Program-made: the position numbers and the translations under genes
In this document: positions 13,715 to 24,890 of the stretch, in pieces
Layout of the letters: each line of letters begins with the position of its first letter
Position numbering within the stretch: position 1 is the stretch's first letter
Notes under the pieces: generated by a model
Databases searched by the model: none
What the model was told of the DNA's origin: nothing
What the model saw: the letters and a program-made list of their open reading frames with translations, nothing else
DNA from: Lytechinus pictus
Taxonomy: Eukaryota
Assembly: GCF_037042905.1 (NCBI RefSeq)
Contig: NC_087258.1
Location: 7,378,001-7,442,000 of the forward strand
DNA: 64,000 nucleotides
Direction of reading: 5' to 3'

Positions 13715-14161
13715 CTTCAAACCTCAGAATGTTCTATGTTTCTATGGTATAAGAACTCTTTGTGTACATGAACAAAATTGCGATATCAGATCAATTTCTT
13801 ATGTCTTATATCGTTTTTTTGGCAATTTCTTATGTATTTCTTTGTTTTTTACATTTTGTGTTTCATTATTTTTTCAATTAAATTTGTTTGGGACTCTTTT
13901 GATATCATAAACAGCATTACATCTAGACCAGCAAAATAATCATACATTTATGTTTTTTGTTGAAAACACAATTTGCATTGACTTTGTACACGAAATCACA
14001 TTTTTGAGCAATTTTGGGTCTGACATGCACTTATATAATAACCGCATACACGGGTGACGCAAAACTGGTCTAAAAAGTTGCGCAAGACTTGAAAGTAAAA
14101 ATTTAGCGAGCGGCGAAAATATTGCACGAATCGTTGGGGGGGGGGGGCGGCCTAGATAGGG
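13715..14161. mobile_element. one end of a piggyBac-like non-autonomous element
   Basis: ends poly-G-ggcctagatAGGG|TTAA; the other end was not found, so the left boundary is approximate. Confidence 0.45.
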
Positions 14162-14191
14162 TTAATGGATTATTCTCTATTTACCAATGAC

Positions 14192-14309
14192 CAGTGGCGG
14201 ACCGTGACCCGGAGGAGACAAAGCATTGGAGGGGCACAGCATTGTTCACAAACAATACAGTGCCCCTCCCATGCTTTGTCTCCTCGATCCGGGTCACGGT
14301 CCGCCACTG
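14192..14309. mobile_element. 118-bp palindromic hAT-type MITE
   Basis: TIR CAGTGGCGGACCGTGACCCGGA; near-complete hairpin; perfect 8-bp TSD CCAATGAC (14184-91, 14310-17). Confidence 0.95.
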
Positions 14310-14416
14310 CCAATGACTTTTAAATGTATTACAAATTTAATTATGAACCAGTAAAATCCTTCGAATAAACTGGCGTAAAGGGATGGGGCACATCCAAGAA
14401 TCTGTATGGAAGTGGG

Positions 14417-14621
14417 CAGGGGCGGATCCAGGATTTTCCAAAAGGGAGGAGGGGGGAATCTTTCGGGGGAAAATTTTGACAAGCCAAAAAAAAAAGTCTT
14501 CAATTCTAAAGGGGGGGGGGCACATCTTGCTTTCAAATGGCATTTTTACTTTACAAATTTTAATTGTCCTTATCAAAAAAGGGGGCACGTGTCCCCTGTG
14601 CCCCCCATGGATTCGCGCATG
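14417..14621 (+). mobile_element. hAT-type MITE (CAGGGGCGGATCC family)
   Basis: CAGGGGCGGATCCA...TGGATTCGCGCATG; TSD gaagtggg/taagtggg (7/8); inverted copy at 62705-62945. Confidence 0.85.
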
Positions 14622-15042
14622 TAAGTGGGGATATTTTGTACAAATATATATAGCCATACCCTCGCAAGTTAAGTGTACGATGAGTTACTGATGACATTGA
14701 CCAAATCAATGTCGTTAATGAAACACAGAGGCAAATAAGGGCAGCAATATTAATTCCCACATACTTAATTTATTTCATCTGCTTATTATACTTAAAGGGA
14801 ACTGTAAATTACATCCTATAATAAATATTACATTTATGAATTTGGCTCAGAATTTTGAATGTTGCAACTTTCTCCAGTGGTTCTCTAAATTGCGTTTTTT
14901 GTCCTTTCATCTACGAACACACTGACCCCTCTTAAAAACTTCACCCCCGGTATGCACTTGCCTCCCACTTGGTATTTTGCCATTTATGTTAATTCAAATA
15001 CTCGCATGATAATATGCAGAAGGGCACTTTTCATGTTTCTGA

Positions 15043-15177
15043 TGCTGCAGTCACATTTCCCCTACCGCGGCGTACGGCGAGTAAAAAAAGCAACAGCCAT
15101 TTTATTAATGTGTAGGTGGTACAAAAAAGTCTTAACGGATGTTTTCGACCCGCCGTAAGGGAAATGTGACTGGGCCA
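15043..15177. mobile_element. degenerate MITE of the CAGTCACATTT family
   Basis: cagtcacatttccc ... gggaaatgtgactg; same family as 22683-22849. Confidence 0.75.
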
Positions 15178-18100
15178 TTGGTCATTTAAGCAGTATCCAA
15201 CAAACCACTTTGATATACTTTGATTACTTGGGGGAGGCATACATCAGCCTCCATGATGTCATGAGCTGGTTCGATCTCTTTGGTGTATTGGTCAAAACTG
15301 TGTTTTATAGTGCTAAAGACCCCAATGCACTTGAGCTCCTTTGTTTTATTTAGGAAAGATAACTCTTAAAATGTATAAAAGAAGCTTTGGAGTGAATGCC
15401 CTAGCTGTCGCGACTTGAATGGGGTCAATTAATTACACCGTCTCGCACCTTTTGTGAACAATGGATGAAGGTGTGAAAATAGCAGTTAACACTTAACAAT
15501 AGGAAGAATCTGTTTCAACTTAAAGTTATGCAATGATCTCTTGAGATCTCTTGTTGTGTTTCTTCAACCCGGATGAATCCCCCAAACCACATTGTCCAAT
15601 CCCTGACCTACTTCAATAGTCAGCGTTTGTGAAAATGGAATGATAATCGAGGATGATAGTGTATTTGTGATGTAAATAATGATGTTGTTGATAATGAAGG
15701 GGGATGAAGAGGAAGAAGAGGACGAGAATGATGGTGGTGGTAATGATTTTGATGCGGTGATGATGGCGATAACATAATTATTTCTTTTCTTAATAAACAT
15801 ATTATATGTGTAAATTTATTTTTTTTTAAAGAAATTTTCTTTGTAAGAATGTGGATAAGATGCATATTATTTTATATTATCTTTGTTTTTTTTCTGATAT
15901 TTTTGTTTGATTTGTCTCTATTGTTCTGATTACAATATGCATGTATATATATCGTGATTTCGTTAATACCTTTGTTAATTCAATAAAACACATAAATTAT
16001 ATATGATACAGTGATTATACAATGAGCGTTATGGTTAACGATTTTGCACAAGCTGGTTATCAAAATGACGCTAGACGATTTTGGTAATAAGACCCACATG
16101 GATTTAGACGAATTGGCATAACATGTACAATGAATCAATTGTAGCTAACTCAATAAAGTATCCAAGCACATAGGGCTTAATGTGACATATGGAAAGTACT
16201 CAATAGATCTTTCATTAGAAAAACAAAATCGAGAAAAGATCCCTGTCGTGAGGTAATAGCTTTACTCAAGTGATTGTCACGTAGACCTCTATATATAACT
16301 ATAATGTATTTTATTTGTTTTGAACCATCTCTAATCATTGCTTTGGTTTTTAATCAATTATTTTTAATGTTTACAAGCTGTATACATTTTAATATGTTCG
16401 GTAATATGTTATTGAATAGCATATTCAATGAGTATTACGTCGTTATAATCATCATATTCTTTAAATATAGTGAAAAAAACTGTGAGCTTTATAACAATGC
16501 CAGTCACTTATTCGTTTTGTTGACGAAGGAATGTTTTGAAAGAAAAGTTGACCATGAGGCCGTTGTAAGTTCTTTTGCTTTCTTGGTCAAGCTTTGATCC
16601 GTAAGAAGATCTTTGTCAGGACTGTATGAATTAAAGCAATAAAGTATAATATTATCCTTCTATAATAATACAATAATAATATATGAATTAGAATAAGTAT
16701 GGCACGAGTAGAACAACAATTTCTCAAGTAAAACTTATATTATTAATGATAATGTCGATAAGAACAACGATTAAGACAAAATCATTAACTTTTATATGTA
16801 CTGATAAGTAATTGAAAGCCAGTATATATATAGGTTCCTCTCTAGCCATCTTTATGTAATGTGCTTTTGATTGCAGACGCTAATTGCCCCGGTAGTTGCG
16901 TGCATGTCTTCTCCAAGAGAGCTTGTACATATAGCTTACAGGTGACATGCACGCAACTGAACACTTAAACAAAGTAAGAGCAATTAAACAATACATGTAT
17001 ACCTGTTCCATTACTGAATTTTTAAGTTAACAGAATTTTTGAGGAGACAATTTCCCAACTCCTTTATGCAGCATCTAAGTTCCCTTACATTAGTAACCAT
17101 GTATTTAATTCCTTGATCATGGTCATATGATAAAACTCAAGCATCGCTTAATCTTCAAGGCTTCTAAAAAAAAAAAAATACTTGACGAATCAATGACAAT
17201 TTACTTGTTACAAACATGTATCAATCGGCGCCTTATTGGCTTCATGAAGAGTGCCGATGTAGCTGATGTGATATTTATTGATAAATAGATTATCTAACGA
17301 ACATATCATTACAGCATCTAAGTTTTCAAATGGTATGAAATGCTACGGGTGTCTTCTCGTTTACATCAAACGTTAAGATAAAAAAGTCTTAATGTTTGCT
17401 CGCTCACAACTTTAAAAAAAAAAAAATTGCCCGATATGCCATATATAGCCCCTTCAAAATCTTTGGCTCATTACGCCACTGATATGTTTCGTCACACTTC
17501 TATGCAAATGCTAATATACTAAACGTTGTGAGCGAGGAAGCCTTAAAAATTTTTTGATATTTTCATTTTAAAAAGATCAAATTTTGTAAAGTAGATTTTG
17601 ACATAAAAGTATTTAGAAAATGATATATTTCACCTTTCTCTCTTTTCTTTCCTTTTCTTTCCTTTTTTTAGTCGTCATTTTAAGGGGAAGCGCCCCAAGT
17701 CCCCCGTCCCCCATATGTGCACTTCTACCAATAGCATTATGTTGTTGTTATTATTTGATGAATAATTTTCGTAGAAACGACTGGCTCAGAAAACTATTAA
17801 ACACAGCCTTTCGTGAAAAGCTCCCCCAGTTGTCCCAAGAACGTGTGTTTATTTGGTTCCCCTCCCTCAACCCACCCTTTCGAGAAAAGCTATCCTGGTT
17901 TTCTCGAAAGGGTGCGGCCATCCCCGCTCCGAAAAAGCAAATGATTGTAACAAGCCCAAGAAGATATAGAAAAAAATACAGTACAGTAAAGTATACTGCA
18001 TACATTTTGCACTTTGCAACATCTTTCCAAAAGAAAATTGATGAAAAAAAAATCATATTTATTAAGTATTTATTTTCTAAAGATAACAAACAAATGGTGA

Positions 18101-18499
18101 AAATTAGTTAATTACAGATTTTTGTTAATTCTCTTATGACAGCAGAAAACACATGTTTGGTATCAAACCACAAGTGACAAATCATTTCACATGCGAAGAG
18201 GGGCGCAATCGGAAGCTGAGAAGTTTTTTTTTTCAGATATAGGCCGATTGATTTCAGCCATTTTAAAATCTTAATATTTAGTAGGTATTTGTCATTACTT
18301 TATGGTGGAAGTTTGATGAATTTTAAGAAAGGTTTGATATGATTGAAAAAATGAAGATTGTTCGGTATATTCACCACCATACATTGCCGTACATGTTATT
18401 CCAAGTTGTCACAATTGTACACTCACCCGCTTGTGTGGTACAACATTATTTGCTGATTTGTACTTGTTTAGTCTTATTTATTATTACTTTTGTGCCTTT

Positions 18500-18725
18500 T
18501 GCCATTTGTTAGCCGTTTCCGCAAGGGAGATATTCGCCCTTTATTACCCATTTTGTAGCTGTTTCCCACAAGGGAGGTACATGTATTCGCCCTTTATTAG
18601 CCGTTTTGTAGCCGTTTTCCACAAGGAAGGTATTCGCCATTTATTAGCCGTTTTGTAGCCGTTTTCCACGAGGGAAGTACTCGCCCTTTATTCGCCGTTT
18701 TGTAGCCGTTTTCCCGAATGGAGGT
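18500..18725 (-). repeat. right subterminal tandem array (~45-55-bp units, TATTCGCCCTTTATTAGCCGTTTTGTAGCCGTTTTCC)
   Basis: 4-5 units; the reverse complement shares AAAACGG and AAAGGGCGAAT with the left array. Confidence 0.85.
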
Positions 18726-19079
18726 ATTAATTCGCTATTTTATTCTGATGAAAATCATTGTTGCATACAGTTAGCTTTCCATAGTTGGTACACTTTTTTT
18801 GTCGCCGTTTTTTAGCCGTTTTCTAGCCCTTTTCTAGCCGTTTCCTGTGGGGAAAAAGGGAGAAAAAAGGGAGAAAAAACGGCGAAAAAACGGCGAATCG
18901 CCCAAACCAGTCTGGCTCACTGTGTAATATCTTCTCATGCATTTTAGTGATTATCTCAACAACATAAGTCTTACATGCCGGAGTGGGCACCAAGAATTAA
19001 TGATACTCGTAGGACTGGATAGCTTTATCCTTGGGCTTTGTTGTCGCGTGTTAGGTCAGTGGGTTTATTTTGATTTTTT

Positions 19080-19481
19080 TACAATGCGACATTCAGCACG
19101 GAGATTAGTTAAGTGCACGAAAAGTGTGGGCGAGTGGATGGGAGTGAGAGTGTGTGTATGTCACATCGCACGCACGTCCGCATTGCGAGTGACGTTGTGT
19201 TTTCATCGCTCTACCGCCACACGCATTTACTATCACTTTTGAATGTCGTCTGCAAACATCCGAACGCCACACTCTGCTCGATTTGCGTTCCTGCATTGCC
19301 TCTGACTTGTTACTGTCTCATCGTAATTACTAGACAGACACAACCGCTAAGCGAGGGGCATCCAGAAGGGGGTGTTTCGTTGAGAGATGCAGACACCACA
19401 TACAGTTTTTCAAGCCAACTATGCATGCATGGAATAATGATCAGTGACTGAGCTTTGGATTCTTACACACGGCTATCCAAT
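19080..19481 (+). promoter_or_regulatory. probable core promoter / 5' UTR of the signal-peptide gene
   Basis: unique, relatively CpG- and GT-rich sequence directly upstream of the candidate exon; inferred from position only. Confidence 0.4.
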
Positions 19482-19659
19482 ATGGAATTAATGCCTGCCA
19501 ACATTCGTGGGGAGATATGCCGCTGCGATGCCGGGCCATCGCCGTCATTCACGCCCGGGGTTCAGGGACGTTGTGATTGTCGCTTGCCGATGGGTTTACA
19601 TTTAATGTTTTGGTGCTTTGTTGCTGTGCTATGTGGAACACTTCAGCTGTCATCTGGTG
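19482..19659 (+). CDS. probable first coding exon of a secreted or type-I membrane protein (signal peptide); alternative start ATG 19590
   Basis: MELMPANIRG...CRLP-MGLHLMFWCFVAVLCGTLQLSSG: hydrophobic core followed by small residues, ending exactly at consensus donor G|GTGAGT (19660), phase 1; GC-richer than flanks. Confidence 0.65.
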
Positions 19660-20171
19660 GTGAGTTTAATAAACTACATGCTTCCATTATCAAGATAAAA
19701 ATAAGTCAGCTTAGCATACGAGTTATTTTTTGTTTCAATGATACCATTGCTTCCATGCCGAAGTCCCAGCTCGAACACAAGACGTTTATGAGCCGTGAGT
19801 AGTCCTATATTGGTTAACTTGGAAAAAATATTTATTAGTGTTTATATGGAAAATCTAACAATGTTTAAAGAGATCATGATTACTATGCATTCATGGAGAA
19901 AGGCATAGAGGAGTAGAGATATGTATACAGAGATATACAGATGGGATGACACATTACAATGAAGCTTTGTAAAATTAAAAAACAGATTGCTTTAAAGCAA
20001 AAGTGTTTAAAACAAAAGATAGAGATATATATACCGTATATCGATAATGTAGATAGAAAGAGGAGGGATAGAGGAGAAAGAAACAGCGAGCGAGAGAGAG
20101 CATGAAAGATGAATAGAATCGCCGAGAAAGCAATAAAAGTACATACAAAGAAATAAAACAGTGGTTATTGC

Positions 20172-20918
20172 CAGTGGCGTAGCTAGGATTTTTTTCCTGG
20201 GGGGGCACTGGGGGGTCCTTGCTTTTTCAGGGGGGGCACAATTTTTCCGGTGTGTGTGTGTATGTGTCACAAGGGCGGATCCGACTATCGCCAATAGGGG
20301 ACGGGGCCCGAAATTATCTTCACCTATATTTTCTCCGATCAGTCACTTCTTAGTTTTATTCTTATAAAACAACATAAACATGAAATAATGTCATAAGCCT
20401 TATAAAAAGTGCGAGCGCGAAGCGCGAGCGATTTTTCTTTACTTTCATGTATTTTGTCCTGAAAATTTAATATTCTGGGCAATGTTATGTATGATCCTGA
20501 ACAAGATTCGTATGTAACTAGATGATAACTGCGAACGCCAAGCGAGAGCAGAAATTTATATTAACTGTTCTAGCATTATCGAAAAGGGACCTGTTAAGGA
20601 CTGCTTACAGTTACCCATGAAGACGGTATATATTTCAATAATGGGAGCGCGAAGCGCGAGCAAAAAATGTATATAGTAACATATAAGATTTTTTTTTGCA
20701 AGTCTTCCCCTCACATTACATTATTTCATTCACTCCTCTTCCTCCTCTTATTTTCCTTTTCTTTTCGTTCTCCTTCTTTTCCGTTTTTCTTTTCTTCTTT
20801 CTCCCTTGTTTTCTTTTTTTTTTGCTCTGCCAATTTTTTCAGGGGGGCACCTGGGGGGGCACACCAAATCTCAGGGGGGCACGTGCCCCCCAGGCCCCCC
20901 CCCGTAGCTACGCCAATG
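20172..20918. mobile_element. 747-bp non-autonomous hAT-type element
   Basis: TIR CAGTGGCGTAGCTA / TAGCTACGCCAATG; perfect 8-bp TSD GTTATTGC (20164-71, 20919-26); three GCGAGCGCGAAGCGCGAGC-like motifs inside. Confidence 0.93.
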
Positions 20919-21756
20919 GTTATTGCATGTGCATGATTTCACTCACCCAATCAAATCCAGTAAATACGACACGCGCCATTTAGTCACGTTGCCGATTTTA
21001 CTGGAAAAGCCAGCATGAACATGTCAACACATTACACAACACATTCAAATCTAATATCCTTTTCATAAAAAACATTAATAGATTCCTAACCATTTTTTTC
21101 CAAATAATGTCTGTGTGTTCGCAGAATAACGGTTATAGCAGGCCTATCCAACACTAACGAAAAGTGGCACTTCTGAAATAACATAGAAATCACAAAGTTC
21201 AATGCCACCCGACAATCATCGGTCCATTCGTAGTAGTTTTGTAGCGAGTGTGAAAAAATCCACTTCCAGCCATTGTGTGTATGACGATGAAGACAAAAGA
21301 TCAATACACTCTTTACAAATTCGAACAATGCATAACGGCGCCTCGATTTTCGTTTATTAATTTGCACAAGTAGGACAGATGGAAAACTTTAAATGAAACT
21401 TATAGCCTGTCCACTACTAGTATTGTCAAGATTGGGGATGAAGGATTGAGGGACCATGTCCCCCAAACGTCCCATGACTAAGAAAAAATTAAGAGGAAAA
21501 TACAGAAAGAAATGGAAAAGAAATGTTAGATTTGATGCTATTTTCTGAATACATTATTCACAATCTATCACAAATGAGATTTGTTATTTTTAAAAGGTGA
21601 AACATCAGTCCCCCGAGGAGGATGGCTACCACCCGTCTTATTAAGAGCTGAAATTTTTTTAGAACAAATGTAAGAATATAGGAGAACGATAAAAAGATGA
21701 GTATGGATTAGTGATTGCTTGGTAGGGCATCTTTACAATAAATATGTTCTGTTTAA

Positions 21757-22390
21757 AGGACAAGTCCACCCCAACAAAAAGTTGATTTGAATAAAAAGAG
21801 AAAAATCCAACAAGCATAACACTGAAAATTTCATCAAAATCGGATGTAAAATAGGAAAGTTATGACATTTTAAAGTTTCGCTTAATTTTACAAAATAGTT
21901 ATGCTCATCCTGGTCGGTATGCAAATGAGGAGACTGATGACGTCATCCACTTACTATTTCTTTTGTAGTTTCACCTGACAATGAGAAGAAAATTACAATA
22001 TTTCATATAATATATGAAATATTGTAATTTTCTTCTCATTGTCAAGTGAAACAGCGATTATTTCCTATCTGAACATGTGCTATTACCATTGCTTTAACAT
22101 TATATGGTTCAGTCAAGTTGGCCCTCATTGTCAAATCTGTAAAAAATGAAAAAAAAAAGTATAATTCAAACAATAAACAGAAGAAACAGTGATTGAGGGA
22201 CATCATCGACTGTCTCATTTGCATGTCACTGAGTCGTGCATGTCACTCTTTTGTGCAAAATAAGTGAAACTTTAAAATGTCATAGCTTTCTCATTTTACA
22301 TCCGATTTGATGAAAGTTTCAGCGTTTATATGCTAGTTTGATTTTTCTCCATTTATTCAAGTCAACATTTTTCTGGGGTGGACTTGACCT
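21757..22390. mobile_element. TTAA-flanked Kolobok-type MITE, copy 1
   Basis: ttaa|AGGACAAGTCCACCCCA ... TGGGGTGGACTTGACCT|ttaa; long imperfect inverted arms. Confidence 0.92.
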
Positions 22391-22525
22391 TTAATTATAA
22401 GACAATGAATCAAACTCTCATTTTGTTTATGTTGCCTTTTGTGCAAATAGCTTGCTTCTGTACCTGAAAGCTTATAGTTGTAGACTACAGTACGGTTTTT
22501 TTAAATAAAAAATATAACCATTTGG

Positions 22526-22630
22526 TTGTATGAGGAGAGACGTGGACAATAGGCAAGGGCATGGACAATAGAAAAACGTCTTTTGAAATGTGGATTTACA
22601 GACGGATGGTGGCATACCTTGGAAACAAAA
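22526..22630 (+). pseudogene. decayed fragment of an RTE-clade LINE reverse-transcriptase ORF
   Basis: with two frameshifts reads LY-GETWTIGKGMDNRKTSFEMWIYRRM-IPWKQK, matching the RTE motif LYG.ETWT...FEMWC.RR.L.I.W. Confidence 0.75.
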
Positions 22631-22682
22631 TGAGTATTTCACATGACGGGGTGAATTGCATTATAGTGGTGTGTATAGTTAA

Positions 22683-22849
22683 TACCTCAGTCACATTTGC
22701 TCTACGCCGCGGCGGTCATAAGGCGAGTCGAAAACAGCCGTTTTATCTATTTTTATTCAAACCAATATTATGTAGCTATTGCAATAAATGTTAAAACGGC
22801 TGTTTTCGACTCGCCGTACGGCCGCTGTAGAGAAAATGTGACTGAGGCA
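22683..22849. mobile_element. palindromic MITE with TAA flanks (PIF/Harbinger-type)
   Basis: taa|TACCTCAGTCACATTT ... AAATGTGACTGAGGCA|taa; internal ggcgagtcgaaaacagccgttttа arm inverted. Confidence 0.88.
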
Positions 22850-23151
22850 TAAGGAGATAGGACATTCTGAAAATAAGAGAATAGAAATTGTAGAGCTAGA
22901 CTGAGAGTGTATTAACTTATAGAACTGAGACGGAATCATTTCCACAAGATAGCACCAAAATGAAAGAAGATATGGTACATACATACCAACAAAACCTTTT
23001 TATCAAACATGCCAAAGGTAATGCGTTATTTCAATAGGCATGTCATCTGTCGTTTTGAATTTAGCTTTGTGTGACTTAGCAATAGAGTGAAATTGTAATC
23101 AATCTCAGAACGACGGATGGAACAATAGATATAACGAGAAATAGAACGATA

Positions 23152-23433
23152 AATAATAATAATGGTAAGAGGGGTACTGACACAGCGCACACCTTGTTTA
23201 GGTGCTCAAGGCGCTCCCTTATTACACAGCAGGCTAAGCTTTGCTTTCGATTCCAGTGCTCACAGCTTTTGAGGAATGACTTCCTGCCGGTACCTATTTA
23301 CCTCTCACCTGGGCTATGTGCAGTAAGTTTGGGACTAATTTCTTGCTGGAGGAAATAACGCCATGGCTGGGATTCGGACCCATGATCCTCTATTTCTAAA
23401 TCCTAAGAATATTCCACTAGGCCACAACGCTCC
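23152..23433 (-). mobile_element. diverged tRNA-derived SINE
   Basis: minus strand: ggagcgttgTGGCCTAGTGG (A box) ... GGGTCCGAATCCC (B box), body with cccaggtg..gtaaataggtaccggcagg, (att)n tail. Confidence 0.8.
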
Positions 23434-23940
23434 ACTATTTAGTTAGATAGAATGACAGATAGAATTATAATGGTATTATACAATAGATATGCCGACAGAC
23501 CTGGATGCGAAAACAATATATCATTTTTGTAACGTTCAAAGCATTCCAATTGCAGAGACTGAAGTCAAGTCTCAACCTTTACCACCAATCTGAAGCCCTA
23601 CCTACGGAGATGATCTTTATTTTCAATCGATATCATTTCATGGACAGTAAAAGTTAAATCAATGCCAATTTACTCGAACCCATATATACCATGCGTTCAA
23701 TCATTGAGAAGTGATACGATAACTAATATTGTTGAGAGCAGCCTGAAAGCATGTCATTTCCATAATTACCCACAATCCTCAGCTCTTATTATAAGGAAGG
23801 CAATATGACGTTTGAGGGTTTGAAATGAAAAAGAAATAATAACGATAGGCCTAATAATAATAATAAAAATAACGATAATAATAATAATGATAATAATAAT
23901 AATGACAAAAATAATAATAATAAATATAATAATAAAAAAA

Positions 23941-24763
23941 AAACTCTGTCTTAACGAAAGCAAGTCTGAAATGATCCACATCTCCTCCAAATTTAGAAAC
24001 ACAGAGTCCTTCCCAATGCTCTCAACCACAAGTAGCACTAGCGATAGTATTTTGATGTGTAATGAGTTGGTAAGGGATCTTGGGGTGACAATTGACAAGA
24101 ATCTCACATTTCAACAGCATGTTAAGAATATTTGTAAGTCTGCCTCCTTTGGTATTTTTAAGATTGGAAAAATGAGGAGGCTACTCGACCAACCCACAAC
24201 TGCTAAACTTACCCATGCTTTTGTATCTTCCCACATTGATTACTGCAATTCTGCTCTTTCTGGTATCCCACTGTCACATTTACGCCCACTTCAAAGAATT
24301 CAAAATAGTGCTGCAAGGCTTGTTACTCTTTCAAGAAAATCTGAACATGTTACACCTATTCTGAAATCACTTCATTGGCTTCCAATACGCCAACGCATCA
24401 TTTTCAAAGTTCTTCTCATGACGTATAAAATAATCAATGGCCTAGCTCCTGAATACCTCTCTAATCTCATTTCTCTCCGCTCTTCTAGCTCACTCAGACC
24501 ACTTCGTTCTTCAACAACCTTGCAGCTTACTTTAGGACCACGTACAAATACCAGTTATGGGGATCGAGCCTTTTCCGTTTTCGCTCCAATCCAGTGGAAT
24601 AAATTACCATCTTACATCCATAATGCCAACTCCCTTGATCAATTTAAGACCTTGCTAAAGACCCACCTTTTTAATGTATAAGTATCAGTTGTGGGTTGGT
24701 CTCTATATTGAGGTGCACATCTTAGTTGCATTTGTTTGTTTAAAATTTTGCTTTGAATATATC

Positions 24764-24799
<36 letters not shown>

Positions 24800-24890
24800 C
24801 ACGGTAATTTAGTTGATAGGCAGAAAACTGAGCGCTTAGAAACACCTGTATTAAGCGCCCTACAAATGTTATAATTATTATTATTATTAT
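23941..24890 (+). mobile_element. 5'-truncated L2/CR1-group LINE: C-terminal ORF2 (23941-24681), 3' UTR and (ATT)n tail
   Basis: KLCLNESKSE, VRDLGVTID, HIDYCNSAL, LQRIQNSAARLV, LHWLPIRQRIIFK, YGDRAFSVFAPIQWNKLP; ends taagcgccctacaaatgtt-(att)n; the ORF-track N-terminus is an AAT microsatellite. Confidence 0.96.

Larger units (their letters stand above)
12346..18924. mobile_element. 6.6-kb non-autonomous TIR element, CAC...GTG termini, 3-bp TAA flanks (CMC: Chapaev3/EnSpm-like)
   Basis: taa|CACAGTGAGCCA ... TGGCTCACTGTG|taa; mirrored subterminal motifs (TTTTTTCGCC, AAAACGGCTAGAAAAGGGC); no transposase ORF. Confidence 0.75.

Noticed and set aside
23887-23940. N-terminal MIIII... of the 264-aa ORF as a real start or signal peptide
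   Set aside because: It is an AAT microsatellite fused in frame to a 5'-truncated LINE.
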